DNA from: Acidimicrobiia bacterium
GTDB lineage: Bacteria; Actinomycetota; Acidimicrobiia; Spongiisociales; ZC4RG35
Assembly: GCA_965215185.1 (NCBI GenBank)
Contig: OZ244034.1
Coordinates: 1,056,001 to 1,120,000, forward strand
Direction of reading: 5' to 3'
DNA length: 64,000 bases
Positions within the stretch are counted from its first letter, which is position 1. Every line of letters begins with the position of its first letter. This document shows, in pieces, positions 33,458 to 42,933 of this stretch. The notes beneath the pieces were generated by a model, which was not told the DNA's origin, ran no database searches, and worked only from the letters and a program-made list of their open reading frames with translations. Made by a program: the position numbers and the translations under genes.

Positions 33458-34371
33458 TCTGCCCCTCCATGAACACTTCAAGTCGTGCTTGCCCAACCTG
33501 TTTCCAGTCGTATCCCAATGCTTTGATCACGCTGGTCAGCGAGTCGGAACCGAGGAACCGGGCAGCGGCCTCCAACCCAAGACAGTCAAGAATCTGTTTG
33601 GCGGTATGGAGGCGAACTGACCGGGCCGAAACCTCCGGCCGTTCCCCTCAGCCCGGCGTCGCTGATCACTTCGCCCAGCCGGACAGTCACCGCGTGTCCT
33701 CTCCGATCCGTCTCGATCTGCTCGCTCACTGCTAACAGCCTCTTCTCGTCAATCAGCGGACGGATCTGCAGGAACTGGCGGATCGTTTGCTGTCCCCACT
33801 CGCACAAGGGGTTCCGCCGCCCGCCGATCCAAACTCGCCTGTTCGGAAGGTCAAGATCGCTCTTGCGGACCTTGGCTATCTCTGAGGATGTGCCCCCGGC
33901 AAACGCCAACGCAACGATCGTCGCCCGCCGGGAGAACAACTGTCCCCGGTCCGCGAAACCCCTCACCCGTTTGGCTTCTTCCTCGGTCAACGGTCGGGTG
34001 GTCAACGAATCGTGGCAACGAGGGATGCGCTCCCCGGCTAGGCGACGTCCATCGGCCACCAGCCCCAATGTTTCGGCGGCTTCGAACACCGCCATCGCCG
34101 CCCACTGACGGTTACGGGCCGTGGACACCGAAGGCCGAGCATGCTCGCCGCCCGGTGTTTGCCGAGCAGCCCAACACCATGACAACACCACCTCCGACGT
34201 GACGTCCCCCCATCGTCTTATCCCCGCTGTGCGCAGATAACGAAAGAGTCTTTCCGCTTCGCCTGTTAGCTTCGCTGCGGTGCGGACATTGGCACGGTAC
34301 CTTTCTGCTACCAGATCAATGACTCTGGTAATAGCGGGTTCAATGAGCAGAAGTACAGGGGTCACGGTCAT
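33450..34371 (-). CDS. Tyrosine-recombinase-fold protein with a degenerate active site; one frameshift near 33645
   Basis: RPLTEEE, ALAFAGGTSSEIAKVRKSDLDL; after a shift in the G-run it continues VSARSVRLHTA...LEAAARFLGSDSL...LGYDW to TAA at 33450-33452. Confidence 0.7.
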
Positions 34372-34378
34372 TTCTGCC

Positions 34379-34672
34379 TTACAAGATCCCACAACGATTA
34401 CAAAAACCGTTTTTGGGAGGCCCGGTTGGCGATACCCACAAAAGGTGTTCTTTCACTCCCAATACCATATACGCGCGCGCGACGCTAAAAAGGGAACTGC
34501 GCGGCGGATCCTTTTCGGGGCTATGGGATCCTGCCAGCCCGGTGGGGCGCCATGGAACGACCTGCCGGCCCTTCTGCCGAGATGTTGGACACGTCGCCCC
34601 AGCACAACACCAATGTCGGCATTGCGGACAGATTCTCTTGCCGCGACGGAACCTGCTGCCGGGATCGGACAT
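34379..34672 (-). CDS. Possible small Cys-rich (Zn-binding) protein
   Basis: CPQCRHWCC....C and CNRC; stop lies 7 nt before the recombinase-fold ATG. Confidence 0.3.
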   Translation of the reverse strand: MSDPGSRFRRGKRICPQCRHWCCAGATCPTSRQKGRQVVPWRPTGLAGSHSPEKDPPRSSLFSVARAYMVLGVKEHLLWVSPTGPPKNGFCNRCGIL

Positions 34673-35339
34673 GGCAGCACTGCGCATCTACCAAAGTCCA
34701 CACCTGTAACAATGATTTCACTATCTGCCACTCCCGCCACATAGCCGGCTCGTTGTAACACCAACATGAACCGCAGCACTATCGCTCCAAATACGGTGTT
34801 TCATAACTGATCATCCCCCCCATCATAAAACCCCCCTGTGACACTCTTCGAAGAGAGAACACGATCTACAAGAGGATCACACAAAACTTATCGATCACCG
34901 CACCTGTCGACCAAAAGACACCAAACACCCCGCCAATCACTAAGCGACAGCACCCTGACAACACCCGAACCAAGACACCCCGACCATCGCCCCACGCCTT
35001 CCCCAACCAACATCTGACAGGCCCCCGGACAACCCCTTCCTGAAGGCACTGCGCCAAACCTCTGCTACTAATGTCGACCGACCCACCCCCCGGATTAGCC
35101 GCAGGGCTCTGTTTTGGGGGTCGCGTGTGGTTTCGTTGGGGAAATCATCCGGTAGTTGGGGTGTGAGGTCGTTGGGTTCGCTACCGGTGTGTCCGTTCCG
35201 AGCGGCTTTTCGGCGTTGCTGTCCGAGCGTACAGATAGAAACGAGGGTGCCTCACGGCGGCCTGTCGCTTGGATGGTGGCTGGAGCTTTCACGTCCAGTT
35301 CGCCCAACTGGGCGTAGACACCGGCAAAGGCGGAGAGTG

Positions 35340-35587
35340 GCGTTCGAACGAGCCGCTCACCCGCCTGGAAATGGCCGAGTGGCTGACCAGCATGTTCGAC
35401 CACATCAGCGCTGTCGCCGCCCCGCAGAGCCTGTTCTCTGACATCGACCCGGCTCCGGTCGGTCGTGGAGGGCCTCTACCAAACCGGGGTGACCCGCGGA
35501 TGCTCGGCCACGCCTTTGTTGTACTGCCCGGACGCTCCGGTCCCCCGGGCGCAAATGGCGTCGTTCATCATCAGGGCCATCCAATAA
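35340..35587 (+). pseudogene. S-layer homology (SLH) domain fragment
   Basis: PLTRLEMA...LFSDI, frameshift, then EGLYQTGVTRGC...YCPDAPVPRAQMASFIIRA. Confidence 0.7.
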
Positions 35588-35656
35588 CCACGCCGCCGCA
35601 ACGTTCAAGAAATCGTTCTCGGCCGATCCGGAAAAGACCGGTACGATTCCCCCTAT

Positions 35657-36778
35657 ATGAAACCTCTCGATGCTTTGTCGCTGGTTCCCACCGTGGAGGA
35701 CTCCAGGCGGGTAGCGGACGCCCTGCCCGGCAGCGTGGTCCTTTTCGGCAGCGTTGCCCGCGGTGACGCCGATCACGACTCCGACATCGATCTGCTGGTG
35801 ATTGTCGATCACGTAGACCGCGACAACCCTTGGGAACATCACCGCTTGTTATGCGACTTGGCAGAAAAGGCCGAGTCGGTAGACGCCCGCGCCGAGTTAG
35901 TGGTGGTGGACTGGCCCGAGTGGATGTCCCGCCGGCAGGTACCGGGACGGGTCGAGCATGCTGCCGACACCCAGGGAACGTGGCTTCGCAGGCACAGTCC
36001 CGGCTCGGAAGTAAAATGGGAAAAACTGATGAACCCGAGAGATGTCGCCACCGCTTCGGTCATAGCAGCGTTGCGTAACGCCACGGTGCGTTTAGAAGGC
36101 GCCGGTTCCTCTATGGTTCCCCACAGAAAGGAAATCAGGCTGGCCAGCGCAGGGGAAGAAAATCTGTATTGGTCGGCATGGCAAAGCAGGCTTGCGCGCA
36201 TCAACGGCGACCTGCACGATGGGTTGGAAGAACTGTTCCGAGCCTTGCGGTTGCTGACGGGGGTTTCTTACAACAAACGGGCCAAACACACCCTAGTGGG
36301 GCCCTTCGACGAGTTTCCCGGTCCGGTACAGGATGCCCTAAGCCAACACTTGACCGTAACGGACATGCAGTGGATTCAAATATGGCACTCGGCTTCTTTT
36401 TACGAAAAAGGCGCCCGGCTTAGCGTCTCCCCTGAGACCACCCGCCAGTTGGGGTATGTCGCCTCGGACGTGGCAGCGTACATTCATAACGTCACGGGTG
36501 TGGCGGCGGGTTTGGCTGTCTATTGCTCATCCACTATAAAAATCAGCCAGGCTGTTATAGCGCTGATACAGGAGGAAGCCTCTAACGGCGACGGCCCAGT
36601 AAAAGCAACCGCTGATCTGGAAACCGTGTTGAAGGACCTGTGGATCACCGTAGATTGGTTGAGGGAAGAACTGGACACCTCGCTGTGGCTGTACCCAGAC
36701 GGAACGCCCCCCAACGGTTGGACACAGCCCACACCCGCCGAGCTTCAAGGCAGACTCCCTCCGTGGAGCGGCCACTAG
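35657..36778 (+). CDS. Minimal nucleotidyltransferase (MNT) fused to a helical, possibly HEPN-like domain
   Basis: VLFGSVARGDADHDSDIDLLVIV; helical C-half containing KRAKHTL. Confidence 0.75.
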   Translation: MKPLDALSLVPTVEDSRRVADALPGSVVLFGSVARGDADHDSDIDLLVIVDHVDRDNPWEHHRLLCDLAEKAESVDARAELVVVDWPEWMSRRQVPGRVEHAADTQGTWLRRHSPGSEVKWEKLMNPRDVATASVIAALRNATVRLEGAGSSMVPHRKEIRLASAGEENLYWSAWQSRLARINGDLHDGLEELFRALRLLTGVSYNKRAKHTLVGPFDEFPGPVQDALSQHLTVTDMQWIQIWHSASFYEKGARLSVSPETTRQLGYVASDVAAYIHNVTGVAAGLAVYCSSTIKISQAVIALIQEEASNGDGPVKATADLETVLKDLWITVDWLREELDTSLWLYPDGTPPNGWTQPTPAELQGRLPPWSGH

Positions 36779-37065
36779 GAATAGCCATTGAGGGCGCAAC
36801 GCCTTGCGGGCGTTCTCGCTCCGCCGGGCGGAAAAACAGAGGCGGTCCCGATGTTTAGCGAGCCCGGTCGGCGGTTTCGTTGAGGGCATGCCCGAAGCGG
36901 TTCGCATATTCCGCTCTGCGTAGTTTGCGGGCAACCTGTCGGCAGGGGAGAGGATTAAGCCGCGCCAACCTTCACTCGGAGATTGTGAAGCTCTGGCAAC
37001 ACAGTGGGACGGGGCGGTTCGAAATGGCGCTCTAATGCCTCGCCGAGATTGTCAAGTGCCTCCCA

Positions 37066-37140
37066 GTCGGGGTTGGCGCGTTATGTGGCGCGAAACTGTT
37101 GCGGTTTCTATGTTTATGGTAGTTGGGAGGGGCAGTGAGG
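37066..37140. repeat. Extra internal left-end copy of the element
   Basis: GTCGGGGTTGGCGCG...TGGCGCGAAACTGTTG...TTATGGTAGTTGGG, closest to the copy at 52816. Confidence 0.7.
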
Positions 37141-37268
37141 GGTGGGGTGTTGCGCGTGGCAGGAACACATGGCGGAGATCGGTGTCACCGAGGCCATCCA
37201 AAGAGCACTACCCGCAGCTCGGTTCGGTAAACACACCGAGGATTAGGTGCAGTTGCCGGGCCGAGAAC

Positions 37269-37374
37269 GGTTTCGAAATCCGGTACAACCAGTTTCAGAA
37301 TTGGACGAAAGTGGTTTCACCGCTCTGTTCGCCCGATGCTGTGACCTGGGGTTGTGGGGTTTCGCGCCAGCGCC
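37269..37374. repeat. Element right end with about 22-bp periodic GTTTC repeats (copies at 39514-39619, 52706-52811, partial 49977-50009)
   Basis: GGTTTCRGAATTGGCYRRAAGT-type units, then GATGCTGTGACCTGGGG...GTTTCGCGCCAGCGCC. Confidence 0.85.
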
Positions 37375-37551
37375 ACAAGGGCGGTGGTGGCGCGAAACTC
37401 GGCGCGAAACTGGATGGGTTTAGGGTTTATGGTAGTTGGAGTGGGGAGTGGGGGGTGGGTTGTTGTGCGGGTGAGGTTTGGTGGGGGTGGGGGTGAGGGT
37501 TTTGGGCGTGTGGGCCGCGGTGGTCTAGGGCGGGGGTGTCTTTTGGGGGGT

Positions 37552-38414
37552 TTAGGCGGCTTTTTCGAGGGGTCCGGCTCGAGCGTTGGGGAAGTGGTTG
37601 CCGTGCCAGCGGGTCATGTCTTTGCCGGTGCGTGCGTGGTGGGCGACTAGGGCAGTGTTGGTCTGGTACAGGCAGTAGGCGATCCAGTTGAGTTTGAGGC
37701 TGGTTTTGTCTTGGGTGCGGAGCCGGTCGTAGTCCAGTTGTCTTTTGTAGGTCGCGAAGTGCGATTCGATGTCTTGTCGGATTCCATACAAGGATTCGAA
37801 GAGGGGATCTGTTTCTGGTACGGGTCGCAGGGCGCGGGTTCAGCGGGTGTGGCGTTTGGCTTGGCGTTCTTGGGGGGTGCTGTTGTTTCGGATCCAGGTG
37901 ATGGCTCCGATCATGTGCTGTGGCACCACGGGATGGTCGGGTATCTCCCATTGGGTGTACACGATGTGCTTGCGGGTCCGTTTCCCGGGTTTTTTGATTT
38001 GGGTGCGGGTTCGTCGGAGGGGCTGGTAGTAGGGGTGTCCGGTTCCGTCGAAGACGAGGATGGTGGGGGTGCCGTTGAGCGCGACGATGTTTTCTTCGAA
38101 CTCGCCGTGTGCGGTTTTGAAGGTGCCGGGTCCCAGGTTGACTGCTGCGGTTTTGCCTTGGCTGGTGCGGGGTGTTTTGCTTATTGGCAGGATGCCTTGG
38201 TCCATGAGGCGGTCACAGTCGGCGGAGCGCATGGCCATGTCGTAGGTGACGGCGCGTATTCCTTGGGTGAGGTGGGGAAAGTCTTGGCGCATTTGGATGA
38301 TCTTTTGGGTGAACAGGTTGGCGTCGGACTGTCCGGGTTCGTCGAGGATTTCCGCGAAAAGAGGGATGCGTTCCTGCCGGTGGGGTCCGCGTACCACGGC
38401 GGCTACCACACAGT
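37552..38414 (-). pseudogene. Truncated second copy of the DDE transposase
   Basis: Near-identical to the E1 C-terminal half; nonsense TGA at about 37840; 5' half replaced at 38415. Confidence 0.9.
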
Positions 38415-38610
38415 TGTTGGCGATCATCGAAATTCCCCACTTCCTGGGGCTAATACCCGTTGTTGGGTAGGGCTCTCTCCAAGCTGCTGATTGAAGCAAA
38501 GTCGGCAGCTGTGGAGAGGAGCCCTGGCCCTTATGTTGGCATTGGAGGAATACGTGGAAGTTCATGCTTTGAGAAGGCGGGGATGGTCGATATCGGCTAT
38601 AGTGGCATAG
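38415..38610 (+). mobile_element. IS21-family left end and istA N-terminal fragment
   Basis: TGTTGGCGATCATCGAAATTCCCCAC end; MLALEEYVEVHALRRRGWSISAI from 38533. Confidence 0.7.
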
Positions 38611-38961
38611 CCGGAGGGTCGGTTTCGTAAGAAACCCCGACCCCCGGGTGTTCGTAGTAGGCGCGCAGATGGTTGGCGTCAGTGAAAAGCATCGGGCGCG
38701 GTCATGGCCGGTGAGGCTCAGCTGAAGATCCAGGGGCGGGCTTGTTTGTTGGAGAGGATGTCGTCGTTTGGTGATTTTGGACTCGATCTTGATGGCGAAC
38801 GGCGCGTCGGCTGCGGGGTTATAGAGTTCCTTGAAGTGGTCGTGGATCACATCAAGGTGCTGTCTCAGTTGAACCATCTGGGCGTCGCTCATGAGTAGCT
38901 CGCCGCGTCGCACTAGGTTGGAGAGCGAGAGTACCTCGTGCCGGTATATACTGATCGCTTT

Positions 38962-39156
38962 ATGAGACCTGATCCAAACATCGCCTTGATCCTCTCAATC
39001 TTTTTGGGTGGACTGGGAATTGATCGCATGTACGTTGGCCAAATCGGGCTGGGTGTGCTGAAGCTCCTCACCGCTGGGGGGCTGGGCATCTGGTGGCTGG
39101 TCGATTTGTTCCTGATCCGCGGGATAGCCCGGAAAGCCCAGCAAGAAGGCACTTAG
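38962..39156 (+). CDS. TM2-domain small membrane protein (copy 1)
   Basis: ALILSIFLGGLGIDRMYVGQIGLGVLKLLTAGGLGIWWLVD. Confidence 0.88.
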   Translation: MRPDPNIALILSIFLGGLGIDRMYVGQIGLGVLKLLTAGGLGIWWLVDLFLIRGIARKAQQEGT

Positions 39157-39840
39157 CACCCTGAGCGAGGGTTAAGGTGCAGACCGTCCTTCCCTCGGGG
39201 GACATGTCAAGTGCCCGACCTCACCTAAAGGCCGTGGCTGTCCGGTAACCGCTATTCCCAAAGGCGGATAGCGAGGGAACCGAGAAGGTTTGTGGGGGAC
39301 TTTTCTGATCAGTTGTGGGGTAGTTGCTAACTGTCTAGGTTCCGTCATCGGTTCCTTCGCCGGTGGAGCCTGGTATTCGGAGTCTGATTACGGTGCATTA
39401 GTCGCTGCCCAGGCAGCCGGTTCCATCAGTTTCGATAACGAACTCAGGGCCGAACTGTCCGGCGCAACGATCCCCGACCGCAAGTGGATGAATCTCAAAA
39501 CGGGACCGGTAGCGGTTTCGGAATTGGCCAGAAGTGGTTTCAGAATTTGCTGAAAGTGGTTTCACCGGCCTGTTCGCGCGATGCTGTGACCTGGGGCGTT
39601 GTGGTTTCGCGCCAGCGCCGACCCAACAGGGCCTCTCACACGATCACAGAATACGTGTCCGCCAAACCGGGGGAACTCCATTACCACTCCACCCTTTCAA
39701 ATAGGCGGTTCAACCGCAAGCTCCTTCTTTGCAGCCCAACCCTACGGTAGTTGATCCTTTCGGGGTGGTTCCGGTGCGTTGGTGGTGTGATGTGAGTGCG
39801 GTGGTCAATTACTGAGGTTCCCCTAAGTCTCTACCAAACC

Positions 39841-39971
39841 CACTCATACTGATAGGGGTCCCTTGGCCGGGGCGGGTCTGACCCATACCAAACCTGGCTT
39901 TTGCCTTTGCCCGATCTGTCGGCCTGTTTCCGGCTGAGGGATTGTTCACCGACCCGTGGGCGGATGTGACC
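39841..39971 (+). ncRNA. IS110 left end A, truncated bridge-RNA-like leader (target-binding loop only)
   Basis: Inverted homologue of 42800-42933; cut at 39972 by an IS3-type IR. Confidence 0.65.
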
Positions 39972-40025
39972 TGAACCGTGCCGATGCTCCTAGGATGCTC
40001 CTATTTTTGTCAAATCGAGAGCATC

Positions 40026-41252
40026 CTAGATATTCGCAGGGTTTTGTTGGGTGAGCCATTGTTGGTATTGGGTGGCGAGGTGGTGGTTGTGGTATAGGCC
40101 TCGTTCGAGTTGGGAGATGCGGTTGGGGTGGGTTTGGAGGGCGGTGGCGGCGTGGGTGAGGGTGGTCTGTGTGTGGTGGCGTTGGGTGCGTAGGAGGGCG
40201 CCGTTGGGTGTTGGTGGTGGGTTGGTGAGCAGGTGGTAGATCTCTCGGGCGATGTGGCGTTTTAGGCAGCGGATGATCTCCCGGCGGGTTTTGCTCTCGG
40301 TTTGGCGGCGGTGGGTGTATTCGATGGTGGGTTGATGGCAGCGCATCCGGGTGGTGGCGATACGCCATAAGGCGTTGTTGGCTTGGCGGTCGCCGCCTCT
40401 GTTGAGCCGGTGGCGTATGGTCTGCCCGGAGGAGGCCTGGACGGGACTGGCGCCGCATAATGCTGCGAAAGACGCTTCGGTGGTCAGGCGTTTGGGGTTG
40501 TCTCCTGCTGTGACCAGCAAAGCGGCGGCCGTGTCAGGACCGACACCCGGGGCGGAGAGCAGCGCCGGGTTGGCTCGGGAACAAAGACGAGTGATCTCTT
40601 TGTCGAGTTCTTTGATCTCGGTGGTGAGCGCCTGGCAGCGGCGCGCCAGATAGCGCAGTGTTTTCTTGGCGACCGTGGTGGTGGTATCGGCTGTGCCGGG
40701 ACGAAACCCGGCACAGGCTCGGATCCGGGCTTTGGTCGACAGTCCCCGGAGTTGGTGTTTGACCTGCTCGGGAGCGGTGACCACTAGGGCGTGGAGTTGG
40801 TTGATGGCCTGGGTGCGGGCTTTGATTGCGGAACGGCGGACTACCCGCAACATCCTGATTCCCTCGACCAGTCCGTCGGCGGTTTTGGGTCGGGCGGTGG
40901 CTTCACCGTTGAGAGCGGCCCGCCCGGCGGCTTGGGCGTCGGTGGTGTCGGTTTTTCCCAGTCGGCGGCGCAGCTGACGGTTGGGACGGTTGACTTCTAC
41001 CACCTCGATACCGATCCCGGTGAGATAGCGGGTCAGGCCGGCGCCGTAGCTGCCGGTGCCTTCCACCCCAACCCGCACCACACGACCCTGGGATCTCAAC
41101 CAGCCGCCCAGTTCCTCAAAGCCGGTTGCATCGGCCGGGAACGGAGCGGTTCCCAGGACTCGACCGGCGGTGTCCACTGCCGCCGCGACATGACAATCGC
41201 GATGGGTGTCCACCCCGCCAAACACCTCGACCAGGCTCTCTTTTTGTGACAT
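40026..41252 (-). CDS. IS110 family recombinase with a C-terminal HTH extension
   Basis: GGVDTH, GVEGTGSYG, KTDTTDA (DEDD); SSG...RHRLNRGGDRQAN. Confidence 0.95.
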   Translation of the reverse strand: MSQKESLVEVFGGVDTHRDCHVAAAVDTAGRVLGTAPFPADATGFEELGGWLRSQGRVVRVGVEGTGSYGAGLTRYLTGIGIEVVEVNRPNRQLRRRLGKTDTTDAQAAGRAALNGEATARPKTADGLVEGIRMLRVVRRSAIKARTQAINQLHALVVTAPEQVKHQLRGLSTKARIRACAGFRPGTADTTTTVAKKTLRYLARRCQALTTEIKELDKEITRLCSRANPALLSAPGVGPDTAAALLVTAGDNPKRLTTEASFAALCGASPVQASSGQTIRHRLNRGGDRQANNALWRIATTRMRCHQPTIEYTHRRQTESKTRREIIRCLKRHIAREIYHLLTNPPPTPNGALLRTQRHHTQTTLTHAATALQTHPNRISQLERGLYHNHHLATQYQQWLTQQNPANI

Positions 41253-41484
41253 GAATGTCTTCTTCTTCCTTGGATAGACTCGCGGGTATCACCGGACCGG
41301 AAGCGGTGGACAGAACACTCATGATGGTGTGGAGAAGCAAGGCTCCTATAAGGTCACATCCGCTCCCGGGTCGGGGAGTGTCCCCAGGCCGAAAGCAGGC
41401 CGACAGATCATAGATAAGGCACAAACGGCCAGTTTGTCAAGGGGTCAGACCCGCCCCGACCAAGGGACCCCACCATTATGAGTG
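41253..41484 (-). ncRNA. IS110 C leader, putative bridge RNA
   Basis: Target-loop segments TTGACAAAC and TCTATG; donor-loop segments ATAGGAGC and ATGAGTG. Confidence 0.7.
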
Positions 41485-41488
41485 TTTG

Positions 41489-42703
41489 TCAAATCGAGTT
41501 TTGTGTGGTGATCCATTGTTGGTATCGGGTGGCGAGTTGATGGTTGTGGTATTGGCCTCGCTCGAGTTGTGATAGGCGTATTGGGTAGGTGTGGAGGGCC
41601 TCGGCGGCGTGAGCGAGGGTTGTTCGCGTGTTTTTGCGTAGACAGCGCAGATGGGCGCCGTCGGGTGTGTCCGGTGGGTTGGTGAGCAGCCTGTGGATCT
41701 CTCGGGCGATGTGACGTTTGAGGCAGCGGATGATCTCGCGACGGTTTTTGCCTTCTGTTTGTCTTTTTTGGACATAGGCGATGGTTGGCTGGTGGCGGCG
41801 CATGCGGGTGGTGGCGATCCGCCACAGGGCCTGGTTGGCCTGGCGGTTCCCGCCGCGGTTGAGACGGTGCCGGACGGTACGTCCCGAGGACGCTTGGACA
41901 GGGCTTACGCCGCACAGAGCAGCGAAAGAGGATTCTGAGTGCATGCGTTCGGGGTTGTCGCCTGCTGCGACCAATAACACCGCGGCGGTGTCGGCGCCGA
42001 TCCCGGGGGCGGCCAACAGTGCCGGGTTGACCTGGGCGCAGAGATGGTTGATCTGGGTGGTGAGTTCTCCGATCTCTGCGGTGAGGGTCTGGTATCGGCG
42101 GGCCAGGGAACGCAACGCCGCTTTGGCGTATCTGATGGTGGTGTCGGCTGTGCCTGGGCGGAAACCGGCGCAGGTCTTTACGCGGGCTTTGGGAGAAAGT
42201 CCTCCAAGTTGGTGTCTGACCTGGTCGGGAGCGGTAACAATCAGGGCGTGCAGCTGGTTGATGGCCTGGGTTCGGGCTTTGGTCGCCGAACGGCGGGCCA
42301 CCGTGAGCATCCGTATTGCTTCTACTGGACCGTTACCGCTTTTGGGCACTGCGGTGGCCTGTCCGCTGAGAACCGCCCGAGCCGCGGCTTGGGCATCGGC
42401 GGTGTCAGTCTTGCCCAACCGGCGGCGCAACTGACGGTTTGCACGGTTCACTTCCACCGCCTCCATGCCGATACTGGTGAGGTGGCGGGCCAGACCGGCG
42501 CCGTAGCTGCCGGTGCCCTCCACCCCGACTCGGACCACCCTGCCGTGGGACTGTAGCCAATCGCCCAGTTGCTCATAACCGGCCGTGTCGACCGCGAAAG
42601 GGGCTGTTCCCAGGACTCGACCGGTGCTGTCCACCACCGCTGCCACATGAACATCCCGATGGGTGTCCACCCCACCAAACACATCTACCTGACCTACTGA
42701 CAT
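41489..42703 (-). CDS. IS110 family recombinase with a C-terminal HTH extension
   Basis: Same motifs as 40026..41252; a diverged paralogue. Confidence 0.95.
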   Translation of the reverse strand: MSVGQVDVFGGVDTHRDVHVAAVVDSTGRVLGTAPFAVDTAGYEQLGDWLQSHGRVVRVGVEGTGSYGAGLARHLTSIGMEAVEVNRANRQLRRRLGKTDTADAQAAARAVLSGQATAVPKSGNGPVEAIRMLTVARRSATKARTQAINQLHALIVTAPDQVRHQLGGLSPKARVKTCAGFRPGTADTTIRYAKAALRSLARRYQTLTAEIGELTTQINHLCAQVNPALLAAPGIGADTAAVLLVAAGDNPERMHSESSFAALCGVSPVQASSGRTVRHRLNRGGNRQANQALWRIATTRMRRHQPTIAYVQKRQTEGKNRREIIRCLKRHIAREIHRLLTNPPDTPDGAHLRCLRKNTRTTLAHAAEALHTYPIRLSQLERGQYHNHQLATRYQQWITTQNSI

Positions 42704-42933
42704 GATTCCTCCTACTCGGAATATAATTCGGGCTGTTCACCAGACCCGCTGGCGGATGGACAACACACTCATGGTGGTGGAGAAGCAAGGCTCCTATCAG
42801 GTCACATCCGCCCACGGGTCGGTGAACAATCCCCCAGCCGGAAAACAGGTCGACAGATCGGCACCAAGGCACAAAACCAGGTTTCATAAGGGTCAGACCC
42901 GCCCCGGCCAAGGGACCCCTATCAGTATGAGTG
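42704..42933 (-). ncRNA. IS110 B leader, putative bridge RNA
   Basis: Target-loop segments TATGAAACC and GTGCCG; donor-loop segments ATAGGAGC and ATGAGTG. Confidence 0.72.

Larger units (their letters stand above)
39994..41484 (-). mobile_element. IS110 element C
   Basis: Ends C-ACTCAT...TTGACAAAAATAGGAGCAT-C; its removal restores B's right end TTGACAAACCTAGGAGCATC. Confidence 0.82.
39983..42933 (-). mobile_element. IS110 element B, containing element C nested in its right end
   Basis: Ends C-ACTCAT...GAGCAT-C; its removal restores the IS3 IR TGAACCGTGCCGGGTTTCATAGAG. Confidence 0.8.

Noticed and set aside
35090-35335. Possible IS leader fragment before the SLH remnant
   Set aside because: Composition is suggestive, but the family and ends cannot be identified by eye.
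37269-37374. 22-bp repeats as a CRISPR array
   Set aside because: No unique spacers, degenerate units, no cas genes; they sit at element ends.
37840-38913. 357-aa ORF as a novel transposase fusion
   Set aside because: Chance read-through across an unknown fragment, the antisense IS21 remnant and the truncated transposase; the junction at 38414/38415 is the IS21 end.
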